Shown here: positions 39,275 through 49,137 of the stretch, piece by piece | Layout of the letters: every line of letters begins with the position of its first letter | How positions within the stretch are numbered: the stretch's first letter is position 1 | NCBI GenBank assembly: GCA_965279035.1 | Contig: OZ257142.1 | Coordinates: forward strand, 1,824,001-1,888,000 | DNA: 64,000 bases | Source of the DNA: Bacteroidia bacterium | GTDB taxonomy: Bacteria > Bacteroidota > Bacteroidia > M30B66 | Reading direction: 5' to 3' | Program-made: the position numbers and the translations under genes | Notes under the pieces: generated by a model | The model's input: the letters and a program-made list of their open reading frames with translations, nothing else | Databases searched by the model: none | What the model was told of the DNA's origin: nothing

Positions 39275-40087
39275 TTATCTCGAAACGTTAAATTTCTTAA
39301 CGATATCGCCAGTTGAAGTATGAATTCGAACAAAATAAACTCCAGCACTAATTCCTTCTAATGAAAGTTGTACTGGAGAACCATACGTTGCTTCTGGGCG
39401 ATATTGCTGAACCAAACCTCCTAAAGCATTCATTACTGTTATTTGAGAAACTGTTCCCATTGATTCTGGAATTCGAATAAACAAATTGCCATCACGAACA
39501 GGATTTGGGTATAATGTTAAATCAGATGAAACCGTCGAAGAATTCGTTGTGTTTGAAATATCCATACGATTCTCAAGAACAGGACTTGTTAATTCGATAT
39601 TGGCATCTACTGTATTTCCAGTTAATCCTCCATCTGAAATAACAGCATGTGAGATTCTTGGTTCAACGTCTGTCGTAGGATTGGTATTAGCTTGAAATAC
39701 ACCTGAAATATTATCAACTGTAATATAATGTACAGTTAATAGTTGAATGCGAACAGTTGGATTGTATGAATATGGACGAATGAATGGACGAACATTTCCA
39801 CCACGAATAATAATGTCAACGTCCACTTTCCCATCTTTAAACTGAGAAATTTTCATGTCCTGTGCAGGATTCTCTTTCGGATTAAGAATCTCAATGGCTT
39901 CAATTCGTTGATCAGTTAAAATCTGAAGTGAAACATGCAAATCACGCGAACCATCATAGGTTCCATCGTTTGGTATCGTTATAAACACCGGTGAATTCCA
40001 TGTTTCTTCTTTGCCTGCCTGCAGGTTTAAGGTTTGAAAGGATGCTAGTGCAACCAATACGACTCCAAGAAAGTAGCTACGGTTCAT
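39275..40087 (-). CDS. T9SS type A CTD-containing secreted protein
   Basis: Signal peptide; LYPNPV...GVYFVRI...KKFNV. Confidence 0.88.
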   Translation of the reverse strand: MNRSYFLGVVLVALASFQTLNLQAGKEETWNSPVFITIPNDGTYDGSRDLHVSLQILTDQRIEAIEILNPKENPAQDMKISQFKDGKVDVDIIIRGGNVRPFIRPYSYNPTVRIQLLTVHYITVDNISGVFQANTNPTTDVEPRISHAVISDGGLTGNTVDANIELTSPVLENRMDISNTTNSSTVSSDLTLYPNPVRDGNLFIRIPESMGTVSQITVMNALGGLVQQYRPEATYGSPVQLSLEGISAGVYFVRIHTSTGDIVKKFNVSR

Positions 40088-40342
40088 AACGGTGTGTTTT
40101 AGTGAATAATCAAATATACGTTAAGATTTTAACCTGACACAGAACACTAATCGATCAGTATCGGAATAATTTAGCAACGAAGTTTTCGTCAACTTAGTTT
40201 TCCTTAATGTTTAAATGCCACATTTCCAGCAGTATATAATTTGTTACTGAGGGCAATTTTATCGGAATTCTCTAAAAACACAATTTTTTAAAGTAGGTCG
40301 ATGACGTTCAGAATCGTCTATTTTTGTTCACAGACACGTGGT

Positions 40343-41779
40343 ATGCAACAGAGTAAACTCATACAGTTACTGAAATCCCTTTCCAAAAAGGAATTCAAGG
40401 AATTTCAAGGCTATGTGTCTTCGGAGTTCTTCAATAAGAATCAGCAGTTGATTCGTTTGTTAGATCATTTATCACATTACCAAGGATATTTCGATACTTC
40501 CAAACTCGATAAGGAAGTATTCTTTAAGAAGCACTATCCAACCGAAAAACTGGAAGAACAAAAATTTCGCTACTTACAAAGCGACCTCACCAAATTACTT
40601 GAGGATTTTATTGCCTATTCGCAATACAGTAAAGACAATTTTCAACGGAAATACTTTTTACTTGAAGCACTCAATCAGCGAAATCAAGACAAATATTTTC
40701 TTCAGGAATTGGATGCTATCAAAGAGCAGAACGACAATTCACCGTTTCGCGATTCTGTTTATTATTTCAACCAACATAAGATTAGCGAGCTTTCCTATCA
40801 ACATACTTCTGAAAAACGAAACAGAGCTTTTGACTCTTCCCTTCAAGAAGTCATCGATAATTTAGAAATTACCTACCTCGCTCGTGGGTTTCGTTATTAC
40901 TGCGAAATGATCAATCGTCGTAATATTCTCAGCGTTGAATACAACCTGAGTTTTTTTGATGAAATGGTGAAATACTTGAACAACGCCATTTTTGATTTCG
41001 TTCCTGCAATTCGAATTTACCGTTTAATTCACAAGGCCTTAACCGAACCTGATAATCAGGAGAATTATGAAGAGTTGCTCAAATGTTTGAACGAAAACTC
41101 TCATTTATTCAGCAAAACCGAACAAAGAGGCATGTACGTTTTTGCTCAAAATTATTGTATCAAACGTATCAATCGTGGTGAACCTGGCGCTTTGAAACAG
41201 ATTTTTGATTTGTATCAAGCAATGGTTGATCGGGATTTGATCTACGAAGGTAATTATGTGAGTCAGCCCGATTTTAAAAACATTGTCACAACCGGTTTGC
41301 GATTGGGAGAAGTAGAGTGGGTGAGTGGTTTTATTGAAGAATTCCGTGGCAAACTCAATCCTGAATTTAGTGAAAACGCCTTCACATATAGTATGGCTTG
41401 GGTGCATTTTACACGAAGAGAATTTGATAAAGCGCTTCGGATGCTTTTACGTGTAGAATTCAATGATGTGTATTATCACCTTGATTCGAAATCGCTATTG
41501 ATGAAGGTGTATTTCGAAATGGAAGAATTTGACGCATTCTTTTCTTTGGTAGATGCATTCAAAATATACCTACGCAGAAATAAATTCATTTCAGAGTTTC
41601 AACGTGAAACATATCATAACTTCATCTTGCTTCTCAATAAACTGATGAAAGTAAAATTGAGAAACAATGCAATGTCATTGGCTTTGCACGAAGAAGTATG
41701 TTCGACAAAACCAGCAGCAGATTTAGTTTGGCTAAAAACTAAATCAGAAGAGCTGATGAAAGTTGCTAAACTGACTTAA
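40343..41779 (+). CDS. All-helical conserved hypothetical protein (possible wHTH + TPR-like)
   Basis: SKLIQLLKSLSKKE start; TAttTTTG box at 40319-40326 supports ATG 40343. Confidence 0.75.
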   Translation: MQQSKLIQLLKSLSKKEFKEFQGYVSSEFFNKNQQLIRLLDHLSHYQGYFDTSKLDKEVFFKKHYPTEKLEEQKFRYLQSDLTKLLEDFIAYSQYSKDNFQRKYFLLEALNQRNQDKYFLQELDAIKEQNDNSPFRDSVYYFNQHKISELSYQHTSEKRNRAFDSSLQEVIDNLEITYLARGFRYYCEMINRRNILSVEYNLSFFDEMVKYLNNAIFDFVPAIRIYRLIHKALTEPDNQENYEELLKCLNENSHLFSKTEQRGMYVFAQNYCIKRINRGEPGALKQIFDLYQAMVDRDLIYEGNYVSQPDFKNIVTTGLRLGEVEWVSGFIEEFRGKLNPEFSENAFTYSMAWVHFTRREFDKALRMLLRVEFNDVYYHLDSKSLLMKVYFEMEEFDAFFSLVDAFKIYLRRNKFISEFQRETYHNFILLLNKLMKVKLRNNAMSLALHEEVCSTKPAADLVWLKTKSEELMKVAKLT

Positions 41780-41849
41780 TCATCGAACTATTCATTGAAT
41801 TCAACAACTTTCTTTTACTTACATTGTTCATTGCATCTAATCTAAACGT

Positions 41850-42698
41850 ATGAAACATTCAATCACTTTCGTTTTTGCCTTTTTTCTCGCAACATTCGGA
41901 TCTGTTCAAGCACAAAAAAGCTGTTGTACTCAACCCATTCAAGATGGATCAACAGAAGCTTTAGCGATGAACGCTTCTTTTCAGGCAGCACATGAAATTC
42001 CATTGCCTTTGAATTATGCTCCTTCAATAGGGAAAATGATCACCTATAAAGCTGCCGATGGACAAGCTGCCAATGCCTTTATTGTTCCTTCTGCAAAACC
42101 TTCAAATAAAGTGCTTATTCTTTGTCACGAATGGTGGGGTTTGAATGATTATATCAAACGCGAAGCGGAAGAATGGAGCAAAGAATTGGGTATTACAGTC
42201 TATGCTGTTGATTTATACGATGGCAAAGTAGGAACTACGCAAGAAGAAGCTGGTGCCTTAATGAGTAAGTTAGATCCCAAACGAGCTAGTTCCATTGTTA
42301 GCGGCTTGCTTAGTTATATTGGCACAGTAAAAGAAATTGCCACATTGGGTTGGTGTATGGGTGGAACTTGGTCTTTTCAAACCGCTTTGCTTGCGGGAAA
42401 TGATGCTAAAGCCTGCGTGATGTATTATGGTTTTCCTGAACAGGATGCCGCTAAAATCAAAATGCTAAAAACGGATGTCTTGTATATTTATGCTTCGCAA
42501 GATGATTTTATAAAACGTCCAGCAGTAGATGCTTTTGCTGAAGCCATTGTGAAAGAAAGTGGACGTAAAATTACCGTTGTACCTTTCGAAGCGGTTCATG
42601 CTTTTGCCAATCCAAGCAATCCGAAATACAATTCAGAAGCTTCGGCAATTGCTAAGAAACTAGCTGTAGCTACAATTAAAAAAGGTTTAGGGTTATAA
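41850..42698 (+). CDS. Dienelactone hydrolase family protein (exported)
   Basis: HEWWGLN, GWCMGG nucleophile elbow, YYG, HAFANPS. Confidence 0.93.
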   Translation: MKHSITFVFAFFLATFGSVQAQKSCCTQPIQDGSTEALAMNASFQAAHEIPLPLNYAPSIGKMITYKAADGQAANAFIVPSAKPSNKVLILCHEWWGLNDYIKREAEEWSKELGITVYAVDLYDGKVGTTQEEAGALMSKLDPKRASSIVSGLLSYIGTVKEIATLGWCMGGTWSFQTALLAGNDAKACVMYYGFPEQDAAKIKMLKTDVLYIYASQDDFIKRPAVDAFAEAIVKESGRKITVVPFEAVHAFANPSNPKYNSEASAIAKKLAVATIKKGLGL

Positions 42699-42713
42699 GT
42701 AACCATTCAAATC

Positions 42714-42753
42714 AAAAAAAGCCCTCTCTGTAGTATCGGAGAGGGCTTTTTTT
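42714..42753. terminator. Bidirectional terminator
   Basis: A7-GCCCTCTC...GAGAGGGC-T7 between convergent genes. Confidence 0.9.
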
Positions 42754-42770
42754 ATGCTTTTATTTGACGA

Positions 42771-43703
42771 TTATGCTTGATAAAATTTTTCTGTATCTCG
42801 AATTCCATCTTCATACGAAGTGGCTTTCCAACCAAAGTGTTTTTCGAATTTTGAAGAATCGAAATGGTAGGGAGAATCATACTGATAGAGCATTTCAACG
42901 GATTCTCCAATCACAGGAATAAACAATCCTAAAATACGTATCAGAAATTTAGGTAAGGTAGATACTTTCGATTTTCCTTTGGTGAATCGCGCTCCAATTT
43001 CGGCTAATTGTTCTCCACTTAAACCCGGATTGTAGGTTGGTACATGCCAAGTTTGACCAAATGCCGATTCATCACAAGCAAGTGCATATAAGGCTGCCCC
43101 AGCATCGGGAGCATAGGTCATTGAATGGGGAACTTTAGGGTTAACCATCCATTGTCCATTTTTACCAGCCCGTTGATTTTTTAGCATGAGCTGATGATAG
43201 AAACTAACCGGTTCTGCATAAGGGCCATAAAAATCGGCACTTCGAGCAATGATGCCTTTAAGTTTTCCTGCCTTGATTTCAGCTAAAAACATGGATGCGA
43301 TTTCGGCTCTAACTTCTCCTTTTTTACTCACCGGTTTGAATGGTGTTTCTTCAGTCATTTTTCCTTGAACACGCCCATACATATACACGTTATCAAAAAA
43401 GATGATTGGAATATTCAATTCGATACAGGCATCCAACACATTGCGCATGATAAGCGGCCATTCTTTTTGCCAAGTACTCGTTTTATATTCTATTCCAACG
43501 AGAAAGTAAACAATCGAAGAACCTTCAATTGCTTTCAAGACAGAATCTTTGCTTTTAACATCAGCACTTCGGCTTTCACATTGAGGAGCTGATTTACCTG
43601 ATCGGGAAACGAGTCTTACTTGCTCTCCGTTTTTTAAAAGTATGGGTAAAAGATTTGATCCGATTGCACCTCCGGCGCCAAGTATTGTATGAATTCCTTT
43701 CAT
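42771..43703 (-). CDS. NAD-dependent epimerase/dehydratase family protein
   Basis: GAGGAIG Rossmann motif, DNVYMYG, P.SKKG..R, DFYGP. Confidence 0.9.
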   Translation of the reverse strand: MKGIHTILGAGGAIGSNLLPILLKNGEQVRLVSRSGKSAPQCESRSADVKSKDSVLKAIEGSSIVYFLVGIEYKTSTWQKEWPLIMRNVLDACIELNIPIIFFDNVYMYGRVQGKMTEETPFKPVSKKGEVRAEIASMFLAEIKAGKLKGIIARSADFYGPYAEPVSFYHQLMLKNQRAGKNGQWMVNPKVPHSMTYAPDAGAALYALACDESAFGQTWHVPTYNPGLSGEQLAEIGARFTKGKSKVSTLPKFLIRILGLFIPVIGESVEMLYQYDSPYHFDSSKFEKHFGWKATSYEDGIRDTEKFYQA

Positions 43704-43816
43704 TTCAATTTTTATTTTAAGTCAAAACTAAGTTGAGATACTATGTTAGCATATTGAATTTAGGTGAATGCACTTTATTCGAAGGTGAATCACCTTTATT
43801 TCATGTTGAACCGAAA

Positions 43817-43850
43817 CAAAAAAGCACGTATGAAGTTCATACGTGCTTTG
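43817..43850 (-). terminator. Terminator after the desaturase
   Basis: AAAGCACGTATGAA/TTCATACGTGCTTT inverted repeat. Confidence 0.8.
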
Positions 43851-43870
43851 ATTTTTTTCAAACATTCAAA

Positions 43871-44950
43871 CTAGCTATGAGAAGGAATGTTCATTTGTCC
43901 TAAGGAACGCAAATGGTTTATGTGAGAATGAAGTGCGTTTCTCATTTTACGATGTTCAATGTACTTAACTCCAAATTCATCACAGGTTTTTTTGATGATT
44001 TTACTGATGGCTGGATAATGAACGTGTGAGATTTTTGGGAATAGATGGTGTTCAATTTGAAAATTCAATCCACCTACAAACCAGCAAATAAATTTATTGC
44101 GAGTTGCAAAATTGGCAGTAGTTTTCAATTGGTGAATAGCCCATTCATCTTCTATTTTATTAGCAACTGGTTCTGGAAACGATGTTTCTTCAACCGTGTG
44201 AGCTAATTGGAAAACAACACTCAATACAACGCCAGCAAACATTCCATAAATAAGAAATCCTAAAGCCCAAGCACCTAAACCAACGGTATAGATTGGAACA
44301 AGCACAAAGATTCCAAAGTGAATGACTTTAAACGCCCAAAAGCTAATATGATCGGCTAATTTCATTTTCTTAAGCGGCATACTTCCTACTTTTTGAGTGA
44401 AGTATTTTTTATAATCCGTAAAGAAAATCCAGTAGATATAAAGCAAAGAATACGCAAACCAGAAATAGATATGTTGGTATTTATGCATCTTTAAATACTT
44501 CTGCGAATCACAGAGACGTAGAAAAGGACGAGCGTCAATATCATCATCTATTCCATCAATATTGGTATAGGCATGATGAATTACATTGTGTTTGGTATTC
44601 CACATAAATACGTTTGCTCCCAAAAAATTGAGCGACAAACCAGCTAGTTTATTAATCCAGCTGTATTTACTAAAGCTTCCATGTGCACCATCGTGCATTA
44701 CATTAAATCCGATAGAAGCAGTTAATCCACCTAAAAGAAGGCACTCAACTAAGGCAAAATACCATACTGGAGTAAAGAAAACTAGGTGTGTATAAACAAG
44801 TAAAAAGCTAACAACAAGAATGATTGCTTTCAAGAACAACTTATAATTCCCTGTTGTTGCTGCGCCCACTTCTTGGAAATAGGCAGTTATTCTTTGTTTG
44901 AGTTCAGAATGAAAAGAACTATTGGTAATCGTGAATTTAGGAGCGGCCAT
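43871..44950 (-). CDS. Membrane fatty acid (acyl-CoA) desaturase
   Basis: His boxes HDGAH, HNVIHH, QIEHH. Confidence 0.93.
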   Translation of the reverse strand: MAAPKFTITNSSFHSELKQRITAYFQEVGAATTGNYKLFLKAIILVVSFLLVYTHLVFFTPVWYFALVECLLLGGLTASIGFNVMHDGAHGSFSKYSWINKLAGLSLNFLGANVFMWNTKHNVIHHAYTNIDGIDDDIDARPFLRLCDSQKYLKMHKYQHIYFWFAYSLLYIYWIFFTDYKKYFTQKVGSMPLKKMKLADHISFWAFKVIHFGIFVLVPIYTVGLGAWALGFLIYGMFAGVVLSVVFQLAHTVEETSFPEPVANKIEDEWAIHQLKTTANFATRNKFICWFVGGLNFQIEHHLFPKISHVHYPAISKIIKKTCDEFGVKYIEHRKMRNALHSHINHLRSLGQMNIPSHS

Positions 44951-45162
44951 GTTTCATTTTTAAGTTCGTACTGCACCAATTTTTCAAGGGAAAAATAATC
45001 ATCTCTCAAAAAACGCGTAAATGTAATTCATAATTGAATTCAACTAATAAGTGTTAGCCTAGTACTTTCGAACAAGACTTGTTTATATAGTTAAACGATT
45101 GGAATTCAGCTGCCAAACAATGTTAATGGAATCTCAATATTAGAAAGCATTTGATTGAATTT

Positions 45163-46491
45163 CTAGGTTGTTCTCGGGCGACGATGACCTCTCCAGCGAT
45201 TCCGTGTTCTCACTTCGGCACCGACACCTGCAGCTCCAGCTAATTGTGATGCTGATTTTTCACGGTCGGCCCTAGGAGGTCGTTGTGCTTGAGGTTTTTT
45301 CTTAGCCTTAGTAGTTGAATTTCGCGGACCACTCATGATGACTTCAGAACCAGTGCTCAATGGCCATGGGTGATTCATCATCACCGGAACAACCTTATTG
45401 ATTAATTTCTGAATGTCGCGTAGATATTCTTTCTCTTCTTCATCGCAAAACGAAAAGGCAATTCCACTTGCTCCGGCACGACCAGTTCGGCCAATTCGGT
45501 GAACATACGTTTCGGGAATGTTGGGGATTTCGTAATTGATTACGTGTGAAAGATTGTCCACATCAATTCCACGTGCTGCAATATCAGTAGCAACTAATAC
45601 ACGTGTAACACCTGATTTAAAATTTCCTAAAGCGCGTTGACGGGCATTTTGTGCCTTGTTACCGTGAATCGCTTCAGCAGAAATTCCTGCTTTGTGCATG
45701 TCTTTCACTACTTTATCAGCACCATGCTTTGTGCGTGTAAAGACCAATGCTGAAATGATTTTCTTATCCTTCAATAAATGAACAAGCAAGTGTTTTTTAT
45801 CGTTTTTATCGACAAAGAAAATCTGCTGTTCAATGGTTTCTGCTGTTGAAGAAACCGGCGTTACTTCTACTTTCACAGGATTGGAAAGGATCGTATCGGC
45901 TAATTTCTGAATCTCAGGAGGCATAGTCGCTGAGAAAAAGAGCGTTTGGCGTTTAGCAGGAATTTTTTGTAGGATCTTTTTCACATCGTGAATGAATCCC
46001 ATATCGAGCATACGATCGGCTTCATCGAGCACGAAAATTTCGAGGTGTTGCAAATGCACAAAACCTTGATTCATCAAATCAAGTAAGCGACCGGGAGTAG
46101 CGATTAGGATATCTATTCCACGTTTCAGAGCATCGGTTTGTGGGCGTTGAGGAACTCCTCCAAAAATAACGCTGTGACGAAGGTTGGTAAATTTCCCATA
46201 GGCCGTCATGCTTTCACCAATTTGGATGGCTAATTCACGTGTTGGTGTGAGAATAAGCGTCCGAATGTGCTTGTTTGAAGAAGGTTTGGGAGGTGTGTTA
46301 AAAAGCTGCTGAAGAATTGGAATCGAAAAAGCAGCAGTTTTTCCGGTTCCTGTTTGTGCACAACCTAAAAGGTCTCTACCCTTTAAAACATCGGGTATTG
46401 CTTGTTCTTGAATGGGTGTGGGTTGAACATAACCTTCTGCTTTCAAAGCACGGAGGATAGGTTCGATCAGTTGTAGTTGATCAAAATTCAT
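45163..46491 (-). CDS. rhlE: DEAD-box RNA helicase, RhlE-like
   Basis: Q motif, [29 protein letters not shown]; basic tail. Confidence 0.9.
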   Translation of the reverse strand: MNFDQLQLIEPILRALKAEGYVQPTPIQEQAIPDVLKGRDLLGCAQTGTGKTAAFSIPILQQLFNTPPKPSSNKHIRTLILTPTRELAIQIGESMTAYGKFTNLRHSVIFGGVPQRPQTDALKRGIDILIATPGRLLDLMNQGFVHLQHLEIFVLDEADRMLDMGFIHDVKKILQKIPAKRQTLFFSATMPPEIQKLADTILSNPVKVEVTPVSSTAETIEQQIFFVDKNDKKHLLVHLLKDKKIISALVFTRTKHGADKVVKDMHKAGISAEAIHGNKAQNARQRALGNFKSGVTRVLVATDIAARGIDVDNLSHVINYEIPNIPETYVHRIGRTGRAGASGIAFSFCDEEEKEYLRDIQKLINKVVPVMMNHPWPLSTGSEVIMSGPRNSTTKAKKKPQAQRPPRADREKSASQLAGAAGVGAEVRTRNRWRGHRRPRTT

Positions 46492-46648
46492 AATTTGTTT
46501 TCAGGCGTCAAAAGCCTTCAAGCACTGATACAGCGAAGGAATGGGTGACCTGTTGGAAATTCTGGAACTTGCCAGAACAGGGGTGAAATTCTCCCTGAAA
46601 TTGCCAGACGGTAATACAGGGCTCAGTGGTGAATCGGCGGCAAAGATA
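46492..46648 (-). promoter_or_regulatory. Promoter and structured ~145-nt 5' leader of the helicase
   Basis: TAtcTTTG at 46648-46641; three hairpins in the leader. Confidence 0.6.
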
Positions 46649-46677
46649 GTTGAAAGAACTGAGGCTTCGACATGAAA

Positions 46678-48018
46678 TTAATTCTCCTTCATAGGAAGTA
46701 TCCAATCGGGTGTATGCCAAGGAGAATAGGTAATGTTGGCTAAATTGGTTTTGGGATCGACAAAAGCTTGAGGTTTTCTTCCGTTCATTCCTACTAAAAT
46801 ATCAGCAGTTATAATTGGTTCGTAATTTAAATACCGGCGTAAATCCTTTTTGAGAAACATGCTGAATTTATATATCATATCGGCATTCTGCCCCATCATA
46901 TTGATTTGCATCGTATTAATCATGCGACCGATATTGATTTCTTGTGGAGGATCCTGTTCTAGTTTACGTGCATAAAATTTAACACTCACCTCTTTCGTGT
47001 ACGATTTCATCCGCCAGCCAAAAAAGTTTGCTTGCCCATTCCAATCCACGTTTTTTGAAACTAACAAATACCGAAAAGGAAGAAGCAATTGAATTAAAAT
47101 AAATCCGCAAATTAAATTTCGAACAAGTGGTTTTATTGGGAAAAGAATCGTTTCCTCTGCCGATTTTTTTAACTGAGTAAGTTGAATTCCCATGTCCTCT
47201 AATCCGATCCTGCTCAATAATTTTCGCAACTTATCGGGTGGAGCAAAAAGCAAATTGGCGGCAGTCATTGCTAAAGGAAAAACTCCAATCGTTCCACCTT
47301 CACCTATGTTGAACATGTAATGATTGGTAACATGGAAAATAATGGTAAGTATTGTCGCGATAAGAAAGCTCTTACGATTCCAAAGTAAAAAGCCAATCAC
47401 TAAGTCGAAAATCAATCCTCCGTAAGTTAAGTAATAAACGATCACATCATTTTGGAAGATTGGAATTGTTGTATTCATGTACAACAACGATCGTGGAGGT
47501 TGTTGAAGAAAAAGCCAGTCGTGGTTGAGTTTGACAATTCCTCCAAAAAAATAAACGAGGACAACGAGAAACTGAAATAAAAATAATTGCCAGTATGGAA
47601 TGACTTCTTTACCAGTACTATCGCGCTTAGGAGTAAAAAAGAGAAAGCATGAAGTAAGCATGAGGAAGAAGTAGAAGTGATTATTGAAATAGGCTTCTTC
47701 CAGAAACGTGAGGTAGGCAAAGGAAAGAACGAAGATGATAACACCAATTCGCATTGTTTTGCGAAAGATGAGGAGAGCTGGTCCAATGAATGTGCAATAA
47801 AGAATGAACTTCATTCCACCAGCAGGAAGCGGTTTTATGAAAGGGAGATAATCGAATGTGAAGAGAAAGCGAGGAGCAAGAATTCCTGCTTCAATAAAAT
47901 GAGCCGAAACATACACGTAAAATTGGAGCAGTAAAGCCAAAGCAAAAGCTACTCGAAACAAGTTCAGCGGTAATGCATCAACAGGTTGAAACAAACGCTG
48001 CGTGAAACGATTCATCAT
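46678..48018 (-). CDS. HTTM-domain protein (vitamin K-dependent gamma-carboxylase-like)
   Basis: L..FR..F, YFNNHFY, VYFFGGIVKLN.DWL, IGVFP, FGWRM. Confidence 0.88.
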   Translation of the reverse strand: MMNRFTQRLFQPVDALPLNLFRVAFALALLLQFYVYVSAHFIEAGILAPRFLFTFDYLPFIKPLPAGGMKFILYCTFIGPALLIFRKTMRIGVIIFVLSFAYLTFLEEAYFNNHFYFFLMLTSCFLFFTPKRDSTGKEVIPYWQLFLFQFLVVLVYFFGGIVKLNHDWLFLQQPPRSLLYMNTTIPIFQNDVIVYYLTYGGLIFDLVIGFLLWNRKSFLIATILTIIFHVTNHYMFNIGEGGTIGVFPLAMTAANLLFAPPDKLRKLLSRIGLEDMGIQLTQLKKSAEETILFPIKPLVRNLICGFILIQLLLPFRYLLVSKNVDWNGQANFFGWRMKSYTKEVSVKFYARKLEQDPPQEINIGRMINTMQINMMGQNADMIYKFSMFLKKDLRRYLNYEPIITADILVGMNGRKPQAFVDPKTNLANITYSPWHTPDWILPMKEN

Positions 48019-48040
48019 CTATTAAAGCAGGAATTGAATA

Positions 48041-48541
48041 TTAAGCGAATTGACAGATAATTCCACCCATCAACATCATGGTGAGTACCCAAAATCCTCC
48101 ATTGATGAAAATATATTTAAAACTTTTACGCTCGAACAAAGCAGTTACGCCAGCAGCTGGTAAAAGGAGGAATAATCCCGACATAAATCCATGTAAAGCA
48201 CCGTGTTTAAACGTGCGGAAATTATGGCCGTGTTGATCCATGAAGTTTTTATAATAGCCTCCAATTTCGGTTGTTGGATCCAACACTCCAGGTTCGTTTG
48301 CTAATACGGAGAAAACATGGTATTGGTGTATAACTAAAAATTGAAGAATGAATGCGATGAAAACACAGAATAAATAGGTAACACCAAAGATGACAACCAT
48401 ATTTCCTTCTTTCAATTGTTCTGGAGATAAGCCTGCTGTTCTCATCCAAGCATTTCCAAAAACTTTAGGGTGATACCAAATCATTCCAACTAACATCGGA
48501 ATTAAAGCAGCAAGAAGCAGAATAGGAAAGTTTATGTTCAT
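48041..48541 (-). CDS. DUF1761 membrane protein
   Basis: G.IWY.PKVFG..WM, FRTFKHGALHG. Confidence 0.85.
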   Translation of the reverse strand: MNINFPILLLAALIPMLVGMIWYHPKVFGNAWMRTAGLSPEQLKEGNMVVIFGVTYLFCVFIAFILQFLVIHQYHVFSVLANEPGVLDPTTEIGGYYKNFMDQHGHNFRTFKHGALHGFMSGLFLLLPAAGVTALFERKSFKYIFINGGFWVLTMMLMGGIICQFA

Positions 48542-48582
48542 AGGTAGGGTTTTTTTTCAAAGATATATTTTTTCAATGCCTT

Positions 48583-49137
48583 TCAAAATCCTTCCCTATT
48601 TTCTATGTCCCAGTTTTGTTTTGAGAGTTCATATAATAGACCATCCAATCCATGAAAAACTTCCTCAGTTCGAAGTTTCATTCCCAATTTTTCTATTACA
48701 TGTATGGAGGCTTTATTCTCTTTTGCAGCACGAGCAATGATAGTATCTAATTCCAAATCATAAAAACCCGTGTTAAGCGATGCAATTGAGGATTCTGTAG
48801 CATAACCTTTTCCCCAAAATCGACGATGAAATCGATAACCCAAATCTGTTTCACCAGTGTTTTGCACTCTTAATCCACACCATCCAATAATTTCAGACGT
48901 TTCTTTTAAAATGCAAGTCCAACGGCCAAATCCATCTTTTAAATAAGAGATAGAAGGATAATTTCGTAGAAATTCTTCTGCTTGATGGATGTTTTCAAAA
49001 GGATCGTCACCAGTGTATTTCAACACTTCCCAATCTGCATTCAAGGCAAAAAAGTCTGGCGCATCTTCCACCCGCATTTCACGCAAAATGAGACGGTCAG
49101 TTTCTTTATGAAACGTGAAATCTAACTTATCGTCCAC
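48583..49137 (-). CDS. GNAT N-acetyltransferase (RimJ/RimL type)
   Basis: ETDRLILRE, LGYR....WGKGYATE, N.AS..V.EKLG. Confidence 0.92.
   Translation of the reverse strand: MDDKLDFTFHKETDRLILREMRVEDAPDFFALNADWEVLKYTGDDPFENIHQAEEFLRNYPSISYLKDGFGRWTCILKETSEIIGWCGLRVQNTGETDLGYRFHRRFWGKGYATESSIASLNTGFYDLELDTIIARAAKENKASIHVIEKLGMKLRTEEVFHGLDGLLYELSKQNWDIENREGF

Noticed and set aside
46508-46720. 70-aa ORF upstream of the helicase
   Set aside because: Overlaps the HTTM gene end and the promoter box; better explained as a 5' leader
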